Positions 7,315 to 15,748 of a DNA stretch of 32,000 bases are shown here, in pieces. This stretch comes from Candidatus Nanoarchaeia archaeon (GTDB lineage: Archaea > Nanobdellota > Nanobdellia > Woesearchaeales > JANQNC01). Position numbers and translations under genes: made by a program. Positions within the stretch are counted from its first letter, which is position 1; each line of letters opens with the position of its first letter. The notes below the pieces were generated by a model that was not told the DNA's origin, ran no database searches, and saw nothing but the letters and a program-made list of their open reading frames with translations. The stretch spans positions 540,001 to 572,000 of the forward strand of contig JANQNC010000001.1 in the NCBI GenBank assembly GCA_028279745.1, written 5' to 3'.

Positions 7315-8334
7315 ATGAATTCAAAGATAATAGATAAAATATTAACAAGAATAAATAAAACATCAAAAGAGAAAGCAAAATTTGCAATCATAAAAGATTA
7401 CAAACCAATACCTTTCTCTGAAAACAATTTTCACAAAATTACTGAAGAAAACTATAATTGTAAAGTTGCATACATAGATGGAGGCAACACAGAAATACTA
7501 AAATCCTCAGAATTGTCTTTACAGCTAGTTCAAGTTTATGGGTGTGTACAGGAGGATAATAAAACAGTAAAAAGTGAAAAAAGATCATTCTATGTATTAA
7601 CACAAACAGAAGATGTTAATGGAGACATATATTTCATAACAAACTTATTTCCACTACAAGGAGAGTTATTAGTAAAACAAGAAGATCTCTGCATAAACTC
7701 AATGGATGCTACGCTAAAGACAGGGGTTAATCGAGCTAGCATCTCTTCAATAGGAGGAGTTGCAAGAAAGTTTGCAGAATGGGGCTTGTGTAATGAGCTG
7801 ATGAAAGAGATGGAATCAGGAGATATAGTTGTAAGAGATGGAAATTTAGATATTGATGTGGTGAATGAGAAAAATTATGCAGAACTTGCACTTGAGAATG
7901 CAAAGAATAAGAAAATAATCTTATCAGGGTTAGCAAAAACAAGCAAAGTTTTCTGCGATAATGGAAATAATGTAGGTGTTGAGCTAGATTCTTATGGTTT
8001 CAAGGGGAAATGGCACTATTACCCTCTGGCTGAAAATTGCGGAACACTATTTGCAAAACTACATGAAAGCTCAAAACACGTTTTCAGGATAGATTTTATG
8101 TGCGGCGATTTAGAGGTTGATAAACTGGTGAAGGTGTTAAGTGAGAACTCAAAAGATATGTCATTTCCAGGGTACCCTTACGGGTTAGTTGAAGCTGATG
8201 CTCAAGCAAGAGTATCAGATAAAGAAAAAGAATTCTTGAAAACATTACTTATGTCAAAAGCAGGAAAAGATTTGGAGAAAATTGAGAAGCTAATGACAAC
8301 AGAGAATGCGCATAGCATATTGGATAATATGTAA
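7315..8334 (+). CDS. NurA-like 5'-3' nuclease (tentative)
   Basis: The order of blocks resembles NurA: VAYIDGGN, ARKFAEW, DIVVRDGNLD, LSGLAKTSKV, VFRIDF, PGYPYGLVEADAQARV. The length (339 aa) is typical. This is called from memory of the family pattern only. Confidence 0.5.
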   Translation: MNSKIIDKILTRINKTSKEKAKFAIIKDYKPIPFSENNFHKITEENYNCKVAYIDGGNTEILKSSELSLQLVQVYGCVQEDNKTVKSEKRSFYVLTQTEDVNGDIYFITNLFPLQGELLVKQEDLCINSMDATLKTGVNRASISSIGGVARKFAEWGLCNELMKEMESGDIVVRDGNLDIDVVNEKNYAELALENAKNKKIILSGLAKTSKVFCDNGNNVGVELDSYGFKGKWHYYPLAENCGTLFAKLHESSKHVFRIDFMCGDLEVDKLVKVLSENSKDMSFPGYPYGLVEADAQARVSDKEKEFLKTLLMSKAGKDLEKIEKLMTTENAHSILDNM

Positions 8335-8358
8335 CTAGTATACGCTGTCAAGTAACAA

Positions 8359-8365
8359 TTATAAA
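8359..8365 (+). promoter_or_regulatory. TATA box upstream of the HD hydrolase gene
   Basis: TTATAAA is centred 27 nt upstream of the ATG at 8389. Confidence 0.4.
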
Positions 8366-8388
8366 CTCTTTGTTATTCTTCAGTCTGT

Positions 8389-9009
8389 ATGGACATCCCA
8401 AAATATCTTACTGAAAAAGAGCTTGTTAAATATATTAAAGAGAGAGTTCCATTTTCAGAAAGAGTTAAGTCTGCAATTTCCCAAGCAAAGAAATCTCATG
8501 AAAACCAAACTAGGGAAGATGGACAACCTTATCTAAATGAACACATCTACCCAGTTACAAAGCTAGCAATTGACTATTTTGACAAAAATTTAACTGAAGA
8601 ATTGATAAGCTCTGTAATCCTTCATGATGTATTAGAAGATGACGCAGAGATGACCGATTCCATCTTTAAAGAAAAATTTGGAGATGGTATATTTTCAACA
8701 GTTAAACAACTATCCAAACCAATTGTTGACGGAGATACTGAGACTGAGAGACGTGAGAAAGCGAACAAGGCTTACTTTGAAAACTTAAGAAAAGCTTCGC
8801 ACAATGCAAAAATAATTAAGTTACTGGACCGGATAGATAACTTGTTCTGGGCAATGACTTTTGGAGAAGAACTAGTTAAAATATATATTAAAGAAACAAA
8901 AGAGTTCTATTTAGGACTAGCACATGAAACTGATCAACTTATTTACATAGAGATAAAAAAACTATTACACGCTTTAGAACAGAAAGCAAAACAAGCAGGA
9001 TTTGTTTAA
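8389..9009 (+). CDS. HD-domain protein of the RelA/SpoT hydrolase type (small alarmone hydrolase-like)
   Basis: SHENQTREDGQPYLNEHIYPV (H-x2-Q-x-R-x2-G-x-PY-x2-H), ILHDVLEDD and IIKLLDRIDNL follow the SpoT/Mesh1 hydrolase block order. No synthetase domain is present. Confidence 0.7.
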   Translation: MDIPKYLTEKELVKYIKERVPFSERVKSAISQAKKSHENQTREDGQPYLNEHIYPVTKLAIDYFDKNLTEELISSVILHDVLEDDAEMTDSIFKEKFGDGIFSTVKQLSKPIVDGDTETERREKANKAYFENLRKASHNAKIIKLLDRIDNLFWAMTFGEELVKIYIKETKEFYLGLAHETDQLIYIEIKKLLHALEQKAKQAGFV

Positions 9010-9023
9010 TCTTCTCAGAAACC

Positions 9024-9031
9024 TTTAAAAA
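9024..9031 (+). promoter_or_regulatory. TATA box upstream of the PfkB kinase gene
   Basis: TTTAAAAA is centred about 26-27 nt upstream of the ATG at 9054. Confidence 0.4.
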
Positions 9032-9053
9032 GTCAAAAAATAAAAATAAAAAT

Positions 9054-10028
9054 ATGGCAAAGTTTGATGTTATAACAATAGGAAGTTCAACAGTAGATGC
9101 TTTTGCACAGACAGACACAAAATCGGTGTCAGTAAAAAAAGGAAAGATACAATATCCCAGCGGAGAAAAAATACTTCTAAGCGATTTAAAGTTCACAATA
9201 GGTGGCGGAGGAACTAATACTGCAGTCTCATTTTCAAGACTTGGGCTAAAAACAGCATACTTAGGAAGAATGGGAGAACATTCAAACTCATCAAGAGTAA
9301 TATTCGAACTAAAAAAAGACAAAATAGACACCTCACTTGTTGTAAGAGGGAAAGGAAGAACTGGCTACTCAATAATCTTAGATCCAAAAGGGCACGATCG
9401 AACAGTGCTAGCGTACAAAGGAAGTAACGACTGCCTCAACATAAACCAGATCAAACTATCTAAACTAAACACAAACTGGATCTACTTCTCATCAATGTTA
9501 AAAGAAGGATTCAAAACAATAACTAAAATCGCAGACTACGCAAAGAAAAAAGGAATTAAGACTGCGTTTAACCCTTCAAGCTATCTAGCAGGAAAAGGAA
9601 AAAGATACCTTAGTAAAATGATCTCAAAAACAGACATTATTGTCATGAACAAAGAAGAAGCAAGAATGATAACAAGAAAACAAAAAATAGAAAGCATGAT
9701 GAAAGACTTATTAAAAATGGGACCAGAACTTGCAGTGATAACAAACGGAGATGAAGGTGCTTTTGCTTACGACGGTGAAAACTTAAGACAAGTAAAAGCA
9801 AGCAAGATCAAAGTTTTAGATACAACTGGCGCAGGAGATTCATTTACATCAGCATTTGTAGCGGGACAGATAAAAGGTAAAACAATAGAAGAATCATTAA
9901 AGATGGGAATGGTAAATGCGCAATCAGTAATCACAAAAATAGGAGCAAAAGAAGGATTGCTCAATGTAAGAGATCTTAACAAACTAATGAAAACTAAACT
10001 CTGTAGAATAACAAAGAAAAAAATTTAG
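9054..10028 (+). CDS. PfkB-family carbohydrate/nucleoside kinase (substrate not assignable)
   Basis: IGGGGTNTAVSFSRLG (the GG lid motif) and DTTGAGDSFTSAFVAG (PfkB signature 2). Confidence 0.9.
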   Translation: MAKFDVITIGSSTVDAFAQTDTKSVSVKKGKIQYPSGEKILLSDLKFTIGGGGTNTAVSFSRLGLKTAYLGRMGEHSNSSRVIFELKKDKIDTSLVVRGKGRTGYSIILDPKGHDRTVLAYKGSNDCLNINQIKLSKLNTNWIYFSSMLKEGFKTITKIADYAKKKGIKTAFNPSSYLAGKGKRYLSKMISKTDIIVMNKEEARMITRKQKIESMMKDLLKMGPELAVITNGDEGAFAYDGENLRQVKASKIKVLDTTGAGDSFTSAFVAGQIKGKTIEESLKMGMVNAQSVITKIGAKEGLLNVRDLNKLMKTKLCRITKKKI

Positions 10029-10031
10029 AAC

Positions 10032-11006
10032 TTACTTCTTGAATAAAGACTTGTTCCTACACTGCATGATATCAAACAGCTTGATTGCAGCAGTCTCAAC
10101 ATACTCTTCAGCAATCCTTAACCATCTTCTATAATCAAACCTATCCTTGTCAGGCATGAAATCCGCTTCATCAACACCTTCAGGAGGCGCTATCGCATCT
10201 TCATTCTGCTTCCAATATTGGTAAACAGCTTTTGCAAACTCCATCTGGAATCTTGTATCTTTGTTTAACTTGACAGCACCAGCCATAACACACTGCTTCT
10301 GCTGTTTTGGTGTTAAGCCAGACGCGCCGTGAATAACTAAACCAACATCAAGATTGTTCTCTTTGAATGCAGCTGCAAGTTCGTTAAGCAAATCAATGTT
10401 TAATTCAATCTTCTCTCCTTTTGTAACTCCATGATTAGTGCCAATACCTGGAGCAAATAGATCAACACCAGTTTCCTTAACAAATCTAACTGCTTCATCA
10501 ACATCAGTATAAACTGACTCTTTACTGCTGACTTCATCTTCAGAACCTTTTATCCTTCCAAGTTCTGCCTCAACTAAAATATCATTTTGGTGAGCAAGTT
10601 CAACAATCTCTTTAGTTACCTTAATGTTATCTTCAATAGGTTCGGCTGAAGCATCAATCATAACCATCGATGCAAGCTTAGCGTTAATTATGAATTTTAA
10701 CCAATCAACATGCTCAGGCGTGCAATGATCAATGTTAATAGCAACACCAGTTTCATACTGTTTAGCAATAGATTTAGCAAGACCTGCTAAAATTCTTACA
10801 CCCTCATAAACATCCTGCTTCTTACCCGAAGCGAATTTACAAGATGACATTGAAATCTGAACAATCATATCTGCTTTAGAAAAGTCACCTGCCTGGATAA
10901 TTCCTCTGGCAACAACATCACCAGCAAAATTAGCCGCAACTAACCCATATTTTTCCTTTTTTGCGTTCTCAAAAACCTTTTTCAGTTGCTTTCCGTCTAT
11001 GTACAT
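10032..11006 (-). CDS. fba: Class II fructose-1,6-bisphosphate (or tagatose-bisphosphate) aldolase
   Basis: NIDHCT, VMIDAS, EAELGRIKGSED, FAPGIGTNHG and LVIHGASG are the class II metal-aldolase blocks. The start is set at the second ATG (11006), which has GGGGG 6 nt upstream. An alternative ATG lies at 11021. Confidence 0.85.
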   Translation of the reverse strand: MYIDGKQLKKVFENAKKEKYGLVAANFAGDVVARGIIQAGDFSKADMIVQISMSSCKFASGKKQDVYEGVRILAGLAKSIAKQYETGVAINIDHCTPEHVDWLKFIINAKLASMVMIDASAEPIEDNIKVTKEIVELAHQNDILVEAELGRIKGSEDEVSSKESVYTDVDEAVRFVKETGVDLFAPGIGTNHGVTKGEKIELNIDLLNELAAAFKENNLDVGLVIHGASGLTPKQQKQCVMAGAVKLNKDTRFQMEFAKAVYQYWKQNEDAIAPPEGVDEADFMPDKDRFDYRRWLRIAEEYVETAAIKLFDIMQCRNKSLFKK

Positions 11007-11094
11007 TTTAGACCCCCACATTCAATTATTATAGTAAAAAATTAGGATAGGTAGTATTTAAAGGTGTTGCTTAAATCATATATTAATAAGAAAT

Positions 11095-12297
11095 TCACTT
11101 TTTAAATGAATCAAAGCTTATTTCAAGAGCCAAAATGCCAGGTAATTCTTCACCTGCCATAAATGCAACTAATGCTCCACCAGCAAGACTAAGATATGAA
11201 AGTTTTGATGGATCCAACCCAAGTTCTTCAATTGAAGAAACTGTGTGGCCGCCGCCAGCAATCGTGAAGGCATCAGAATCAAGAACTGCACTAAAAATTT
11301 CTTTTGTTCCTTTAGCAAAATTTGCATCTTCATAATGCCCCATCGGCCCTTTAAGATAAATTGTCTTAGCATCCTTAATCTTTTCTTTGAATAAAGCAAT
11401 CGTGTTATCACCAATATCATCGATCATGCTATCTGAAGGAAGTTCTGAAATAGGAACTTCTTTTCTTCCGTCTTGGTCTAGTGCAACATCAACAGGCAAC
11501 ACTATCTTATCTCCTGTTTTGTTTAACAAGTCAGCTGATTCAGGTAGAGCATACCCTTTTTCTTCTAAGAATGTTTTTGCATGACCCAAATCAACACCTT
11601 TTGCAATCATTAGACTCATCCCTAAAAATCCAGCACATAATGCATATTCAATCTTATCATTTTCAAGATTGTATTTTAGCAATTTGTAGACATCTTTTGG
11701 TTTTGCACCACCAAACACACAGATGTATGGATGATCACATTCAGAAATCTTGCTTAAACCTTTTAGTTCTTTTTCCATCTGCCTTCCAGCAATATTTGGA
11801 ATGTTAATGAACCCAACCACAGATGCTTGAGCCCTGTGGGATACAGAAAAAGCATCATTCACAAAGAAATCAAACTTAGGTTCAAGGTAAGAAATGACTT
11901 CATTTTTGTTATGCTCTTCTGGGGAAATTTTATCAGTCTCATGGGAAAAAGAACGCACATTTTTCAATAACAAAATAGTGCCATTTTCCATACTGTCTAA
12001 ATCACCGTCAATGCCCGTTAAAGAGTCAACATATTTGACCTCTTTTTGGCAATGTTCTGAGAGAAAACTTGCATGCTCATTAAGCTTAGAAAAATCGTCC
12101 CCCCCTAAACGGCCCTGATGCCCCAAAACTACCACCTTAGCACCCTTAGAAGCCAATTCAGATATTGTAAATGATGACACTTTTAACCTATCATTATCCT
12201 GTACTTTTCCAGCCTCATCAAGGGGGCTGTTTATGTCAACTCTTACCAAGACTTTCTTGCCTTCAAAGTTAATGTCATCAAGCGTCAAAAATTTCAT
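11095..12297 (-). CDS. pgk: Phosphoglycerate kinase
   Basis: KKVLVRVDINSPLD, VLGHQGRLGG, FVNDAFSVSHR and GGGHTVSS. A TATA box (complement of 12321-12329) lies 28 nt upstream of the ATG. Confidence 0.95.
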   Translation of the reverse strand: MKFLTLDDINFEGKKVLVRVDINSPLDEAGKVQDNDRLKVSSFTISELASKGAKVVVLGHQGRLGGDDFSKLNEHASFLSEHCQKEVKYVDSLTGIDGDLDSMENGTILLLKNVRSFSHETDKISPEEHNKNEVISYLEPKFDFFVNDAFSVSHRAQASVVGFINIPNIAGRQMEKELKGLSKISECDHPYICVFGGAKPKDVYKLLKYNLENDKIEYALCAGFLGMSLMIAKGVDLGHAKTFLEEKGYALPESADLLNKTGDKIVLPVDVALDQDGRKEVPISELPSDSMIDDIGDNTIALFKEKIKDAKTIYLKGPMGHYEDANFAKGTKEIFSAVLDSDAFTIAGGGHTVSSIEELGLDPSKLSYLSLAGGALVAFMAGEELPGILALEISFDSFKK

Positions 12298-12496
12298 GAA
12301 AAGACGAGCACAAAGAAAGGTATTTAAAATTTACCCCAAAAAATATCAGTTCACTCAGCAATGGTAACGAATGTTTAAATATCCATTTATTAATAAAGAG
12401 AGTTAAGATTGATTTAACGATCGATATTTATGCCTAGTCGATTTCTAGTTGTGCGCGCGTGCTGGTTGTACCTATGAAGAACGAGGACAACACAGT

Positions 12497-13744
12497 ATGA
12501 AAGTATTAATGTTTGGATGGGAGTTCCCACCCTTCAAGTCAGGAGGTTTAGGTACTGCTTGCTTTGACCTAACCAAAGGTCTAAACAATCAGGGTGTGGA
12601 GGTTACCTTTGTAATGCCAACCGCACCTGATGGCGCTAAATCCGACTTCGTTAAATTAGTTGCTGCTGATAAATTAAGCAGAACTAAAAAAATCAAGATA
12701 AGAAAGATAAATACAATACTGACACCATACATGACTTCTGAATCATATGATGACGCAATACATCACCACACAGAAAAGATAACAGGAACAAAAGGAAGCA
12801 AAGAAGTTTACGGAGATAATTTACATGAAGAAGTATACAGATATTCCGAAGTAGCAAAAGCGATAGCAGAAGATGAAGAATATGACCTAATACACGCACA
12901 CGACTGGATGACATACCAAGCAGGAATAAACGCAAGAGAGATTTCTGGAAAACCCTTAGTTGTACACATACACGCAACAGAGTATGACAGAACGGGAGGA
13001 AATCCAAACCCATACATTGCAGAACTAGAATATAAAGGAATGAGTGAAGCAGATATGGTAATAGCAAACAGCGAGTTTACCAAAAATAACGTAATAGAAG
13101 CATATGACATAGATCCAGAAAAAATAAAAGTCGTGCACTGGGGAATAGATCCTCATGACGAAAAATATAAAACAAACCACACCTCCGCAATAAGCAAAAA
13201 AGACAAACTAGTTCTATTCTTGGGAAGGATAACAATACAAAAAGGACCTGAATACTTTGTGAGAGCTGCAAAATTGGTTGCAGATCACGTGCCGAATGTA
13301 AAGTTTGTCATGGCCGGATCAGGAGACATGGCAAACAAAATGATAGAAGAAGCAAACCATCTAGGCTTAGCAGATAAAATATTATTTGCAGGATGGTTAA
13401 AAGGCAATGATTCACATAAAGCATTCCAGATGGCAGATCTATATGTTATGCCATCAGTATCAGAACCATTCGGGTTAGTTGCTTTGGAATCAATGGCAAA
13501 CGGAACACCAGTATTAATCTCAAAACAGTCAGGCGCATCAGAAGTGATACAAAACGCACTAAAAGTAAACTTCTGGGACGTAGCAGGAATGGCAGACAAA
13601 ATGATCGGAGTGCTGAAACATTCAGTACTGCATGAAGAACTTTCTGAAAACAGCTACAAAGAAGTGATGAGCTTCAGCTTAGATGAGCCAGCAAGAAAAA
13701 CAATAGATTGTTACGAACAAGCATTAGGGGGTGAAAGAAAATGA
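12497..13744 (+). CDS. glgA: Glycogen synthase, prokaryotic GT5-like (GlgA type)
   Basis: MKVLMFGWEFPPFKSGGLG (K-x-GGL motif), HAHDWMTY, and the E-x7-E region PSVSEPFGLVALESMANGTPV. The start is trimmed from a TTG (12449) to the ATG at 12497, which has GAGGA 9 nt upstream. Confidence 0.85.
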   Translation: MKVLMFGWEFPPFKSGGLGTACFDLTKGLNNQGVEVTFVMPTAPDGAKSDFVKLVAADKLSRTKKIKIRKINTILTPYMTSESYDDAIHHHTEKITGTKGSKEVYGDNLHEEVYRYSEVAKAIAEDEEYDLIHAHDWMTYQAGINAREISGKPLVVHIHATEYDRTGGNPNPYIAELEYKGMSEADMVIANSEFTKNNVIEAYDIDPEKIKVVHWGIDPHDEKYKTNHTSAISKKDKLVLFLGRITIQKGPEYFVRAAKLVADHVPNVKFVMAGSGDMANKMIEEANHLGLADKILFAGWLKGNDSHKAFQMADLYVMPSVSEPFGLVALESMANGTPVLISKQSGASEVIQNALKVNFWDVAGMADKMIGVLKHSVLHEELSENSYKEVMSFSLDEPARKTIDCYEQALGGERK

Positions 13745-14949
13745 CATCAATCTGTTTTTATTTCCAGGTACACCAACCATACAGAGTAAAAGAGTATTCT
13801 GTATTTGATATAGGATCTGGACAAAGTTATTTTGACGAAGTCAAAAATGAAGAGGTAACAAAAAAAGTTGCAAGAAAGTGTTACTTGCCAACCAACAAAC
13901 TATTACTAGACCTAATCAAAGAACACCAGGGAAGATTCAAAATAAGTTTCTCAATAACAGGCACAGCAATAGAACAGTTTGAAAAATACACCCCTGAAGT
14001 AATTCAAAGCTTCAAAGAGTTAGCAGAAACAGGTTGTGTTGAGTTTTTAGCAGAAACATACCACCACTCCCTCTCCTGGTTAAAATCAAAAGACGAATTC
14101 AAGAAACAGATAGAAATGCATGCAAAGAAGATAAAAGAACTATTCGGACAAGAACCAAAAGTATTCAGAAACACAGAGCTAATATTCAACAACGAGATAG
14201 CACATGATGTAGAGGAGATGGGATACAAAGGAATAATCGCAGAAGGCGCAGACAAAATACTTGGATGGAGATCGCCAGACCACCTATACAAAGCAAAAAC
14301 AACAGACAAAATAAAATTGCTTTTGAAAAATTATAAATTATCAGATGATATAGCTTTCAGGTTCTCAAACAAAGGATGGGAAGAACACCCTCTGACAGTA
14401 GACAAATACACACACTGGATAAAAGAAGTTCAAGGTGAATGTGTTAATCTGTTTATGGACTACGAAACATTCGGAGAACACCAATGGGAAGACACAGGAA
14501 TATTTGAATTCATGAGACACTTACCTGGAAGGTTGATGGAACATGGACACATAGACTTTAAAACACCATCAGAACTAGTAGACAGCTATGAAGTAAAAGA
14601 TGAACTGGATGTGCACCACATCATAAGCTGGGCAGACATGGAACGAGACATCACAGCTTGGCAAGGAAACAAGATGCAAGTGTCAGCACTAAATATGATA
14701 TACGATGTAGAAAAAGAGGTAATGCTGACAAATGACACCAAACTAATAGACGACTGGAGAAAACTAACTACATCAGACCACTATTACTACATGTGTACCA
14801 AATGGTTCTCAGACGGGGATGTGCACAAATACTTTTCACCATATGAATCACCTTATGACTCATTCATATACTTCATGAACGTATTGAATGATCTAAAGAT
14901 GAGAATACAACAGACACAAGAAAGAGTAGAGGTAGATAGTATTGAGTAA
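13741..14949 (+). CDS. Glycoside hydrolase family 57 protein (alpha-amylase / possible branching-type enzyme)
   Basis: ICFYFQVHQPYRV, KCYLPTN, FSITGTAIEQ, VEFLAETYHHSL and FRNTELIFN are the typical GH57 N-terminal blocks. There is an ATGA start/stop overlap with glgA, and GGGGGTGA lies 6 nt upstream. Confidence 0.85.
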   Translation: MTSICFYFQVHQPYRVKEYSVFDIGSGQSYFDEVKNEEVTKKVARKCYLPTNKLLLDLIKEHQGRFKISFSITGTAIEQFEKYTPEVIQSFKELAETGCVEFLAETYHHSLSWLKSKDEFKKQIEMHAKKIKELFGQEPKVFRNTELIFNNEIAHDVEEMGYKGIIAEGADKILGWRSPDHLYKAKTTDKIKLLLKNYKLSDDIAFRFSNKGWEEHPLTVDKYTHWIKEVQGECVNLFMDYETFGEHQWEDTGIFEFMRHLPGRLMEHGHIDFKTPSELVDSYEVKDELDVHHIISWADMERDITAWQGNKMQVSALNMIYDVEKEVMLTNDTKLIDDWRKLTTSDHYYYMCTKWFSDGDVHKYFSPYESPYDSFIYFMNVLNDLKMRIQQTQERVEVDSIE

Positions 14950-15250
14950 ACGAAAAAGACTGACCAAAGGACAGAGAAGAAGAAAGTTAGCAAAAAATGC
15001 TAAAGAAGAACAAAGCTTTGTGCTTGCAGATGGAAACAAGATAAGAAACTTGATTGATCTAGCTGAAGCAATGGAAACCATAAGCCATGAATTATATTCC
15101 CAACACGTAAACGAAGAAAAAAATGATTTCAGCACCTGGACCAAAGAAGTAATAGGTGAGAAAACATTAGCAAGAAACTTGTTGGGTGTAAGCGACAAAA
15201 CACAAGCGCAGATAACAATACTAAAACACATAGTAAAAAACACAACCTAA
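14942..15250 (+). CDS. Small protein of unknown function, paralog 1 (basic N-terminus plus NEEKNDFS-W domain)
   Basis: The TTG start overlaps the GH57 stop by 8 nt, with GAGGT 8 nt upstream. Residues 25-80 align without gaps to residues 22-77 of the next gene. The N-terminus is KRKRLTKGQRRRKLAKNAK. Confidence 0.6.
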   Translation: MSKRKRLTKGQRRRKLAKNAKEEQSFVLADGNKIRNLIDLAEAMETISHELYSQHVNEEKNDFSTWTKEVIGEKTLARNLLGVSDKTQAQITILKHIVKNTT

Positions 15251-15265
15251 GGGGGTGAAAACAAA

Positions 15266-15718
15266 ATGAACCAAAACCTAAAATCAGAAGACATCGATTT
15301 TGTGCTTTCAGATGTTGATCCAGAACACTACTTCATAACAAGAAACGGAGAAGAGATAAAAAGCATGCAGGACATGGCAGACAGACTAAGCCAGATGGAT
15401 GAAGAAACATTTAATCATCACGCAAACGAAGAAAAAAATGATTTCTCAAACTGGATACAAGATGTAGTAAAAGACAGAGAGCTAGCTCAAGAGATAAAAG
15501 ATAAAGGAAAAACAGAAGCGGCTGATGAGATAGCATCAAAAGTAAAAAGATTAAACAAAGTAAAAGAACATCTAAAAGTCATAGAAGACCATGAGAAGAA
15601 AGCATTTGATGAATTAGAAAACACAGTAAAATCAAAAGGAAGAAACCCAATACACGACTACGTGTATGGAATAATAATAGGAACTGTGACTGGCTTATTG
15701 CTTGGATCGTTACTGTAA
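15266..15718 (+). CDS. Small protein of unknown function, paralog 2 (NEEKNDFS-W domain, charged helix and C-terminal TM anchor)
   Basis: GGGGGTGA lies 7 nt upstream of the ATG. It shares a domain with the preceding gene. The C-terminal hydrophobic segment YVYGIIIGTVTGLLLGSLL sits at the very end of the protein. Confidence 0.7.
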   Translation: MNQNLKSEDIDFVLSDVDPEHYFITRNGEEIKSMQDMADRLSQMDEETFNHHANEEKNDFSNWIQDVVKDRELAQEIKDKGKTEAADEIASKVKRLNKVKEHLKVIEDHEKKAFDELENTVKSKGRNPIHDYVYGIIIGTVTGLLLGSLL

Positions 15719-15748
15719 TAACAAAAAAAATAAAAAAGGGGTCGATAG

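Noticed and set aside
12449-12496. A TTG-initiated 16-codon extension of glgA (MCARAGCTYEERGQHS), and the similar 20-codon extension of the membrane protein at 19404-19463.
   Set aside because: In both cases the downstream ATG has a well-spaced SD. For 19464 there is also an ATGA coupling overlap and an immediately following signal peptide. For glgA, the family N-terminus MKVL...GGLG starts at the ATG.
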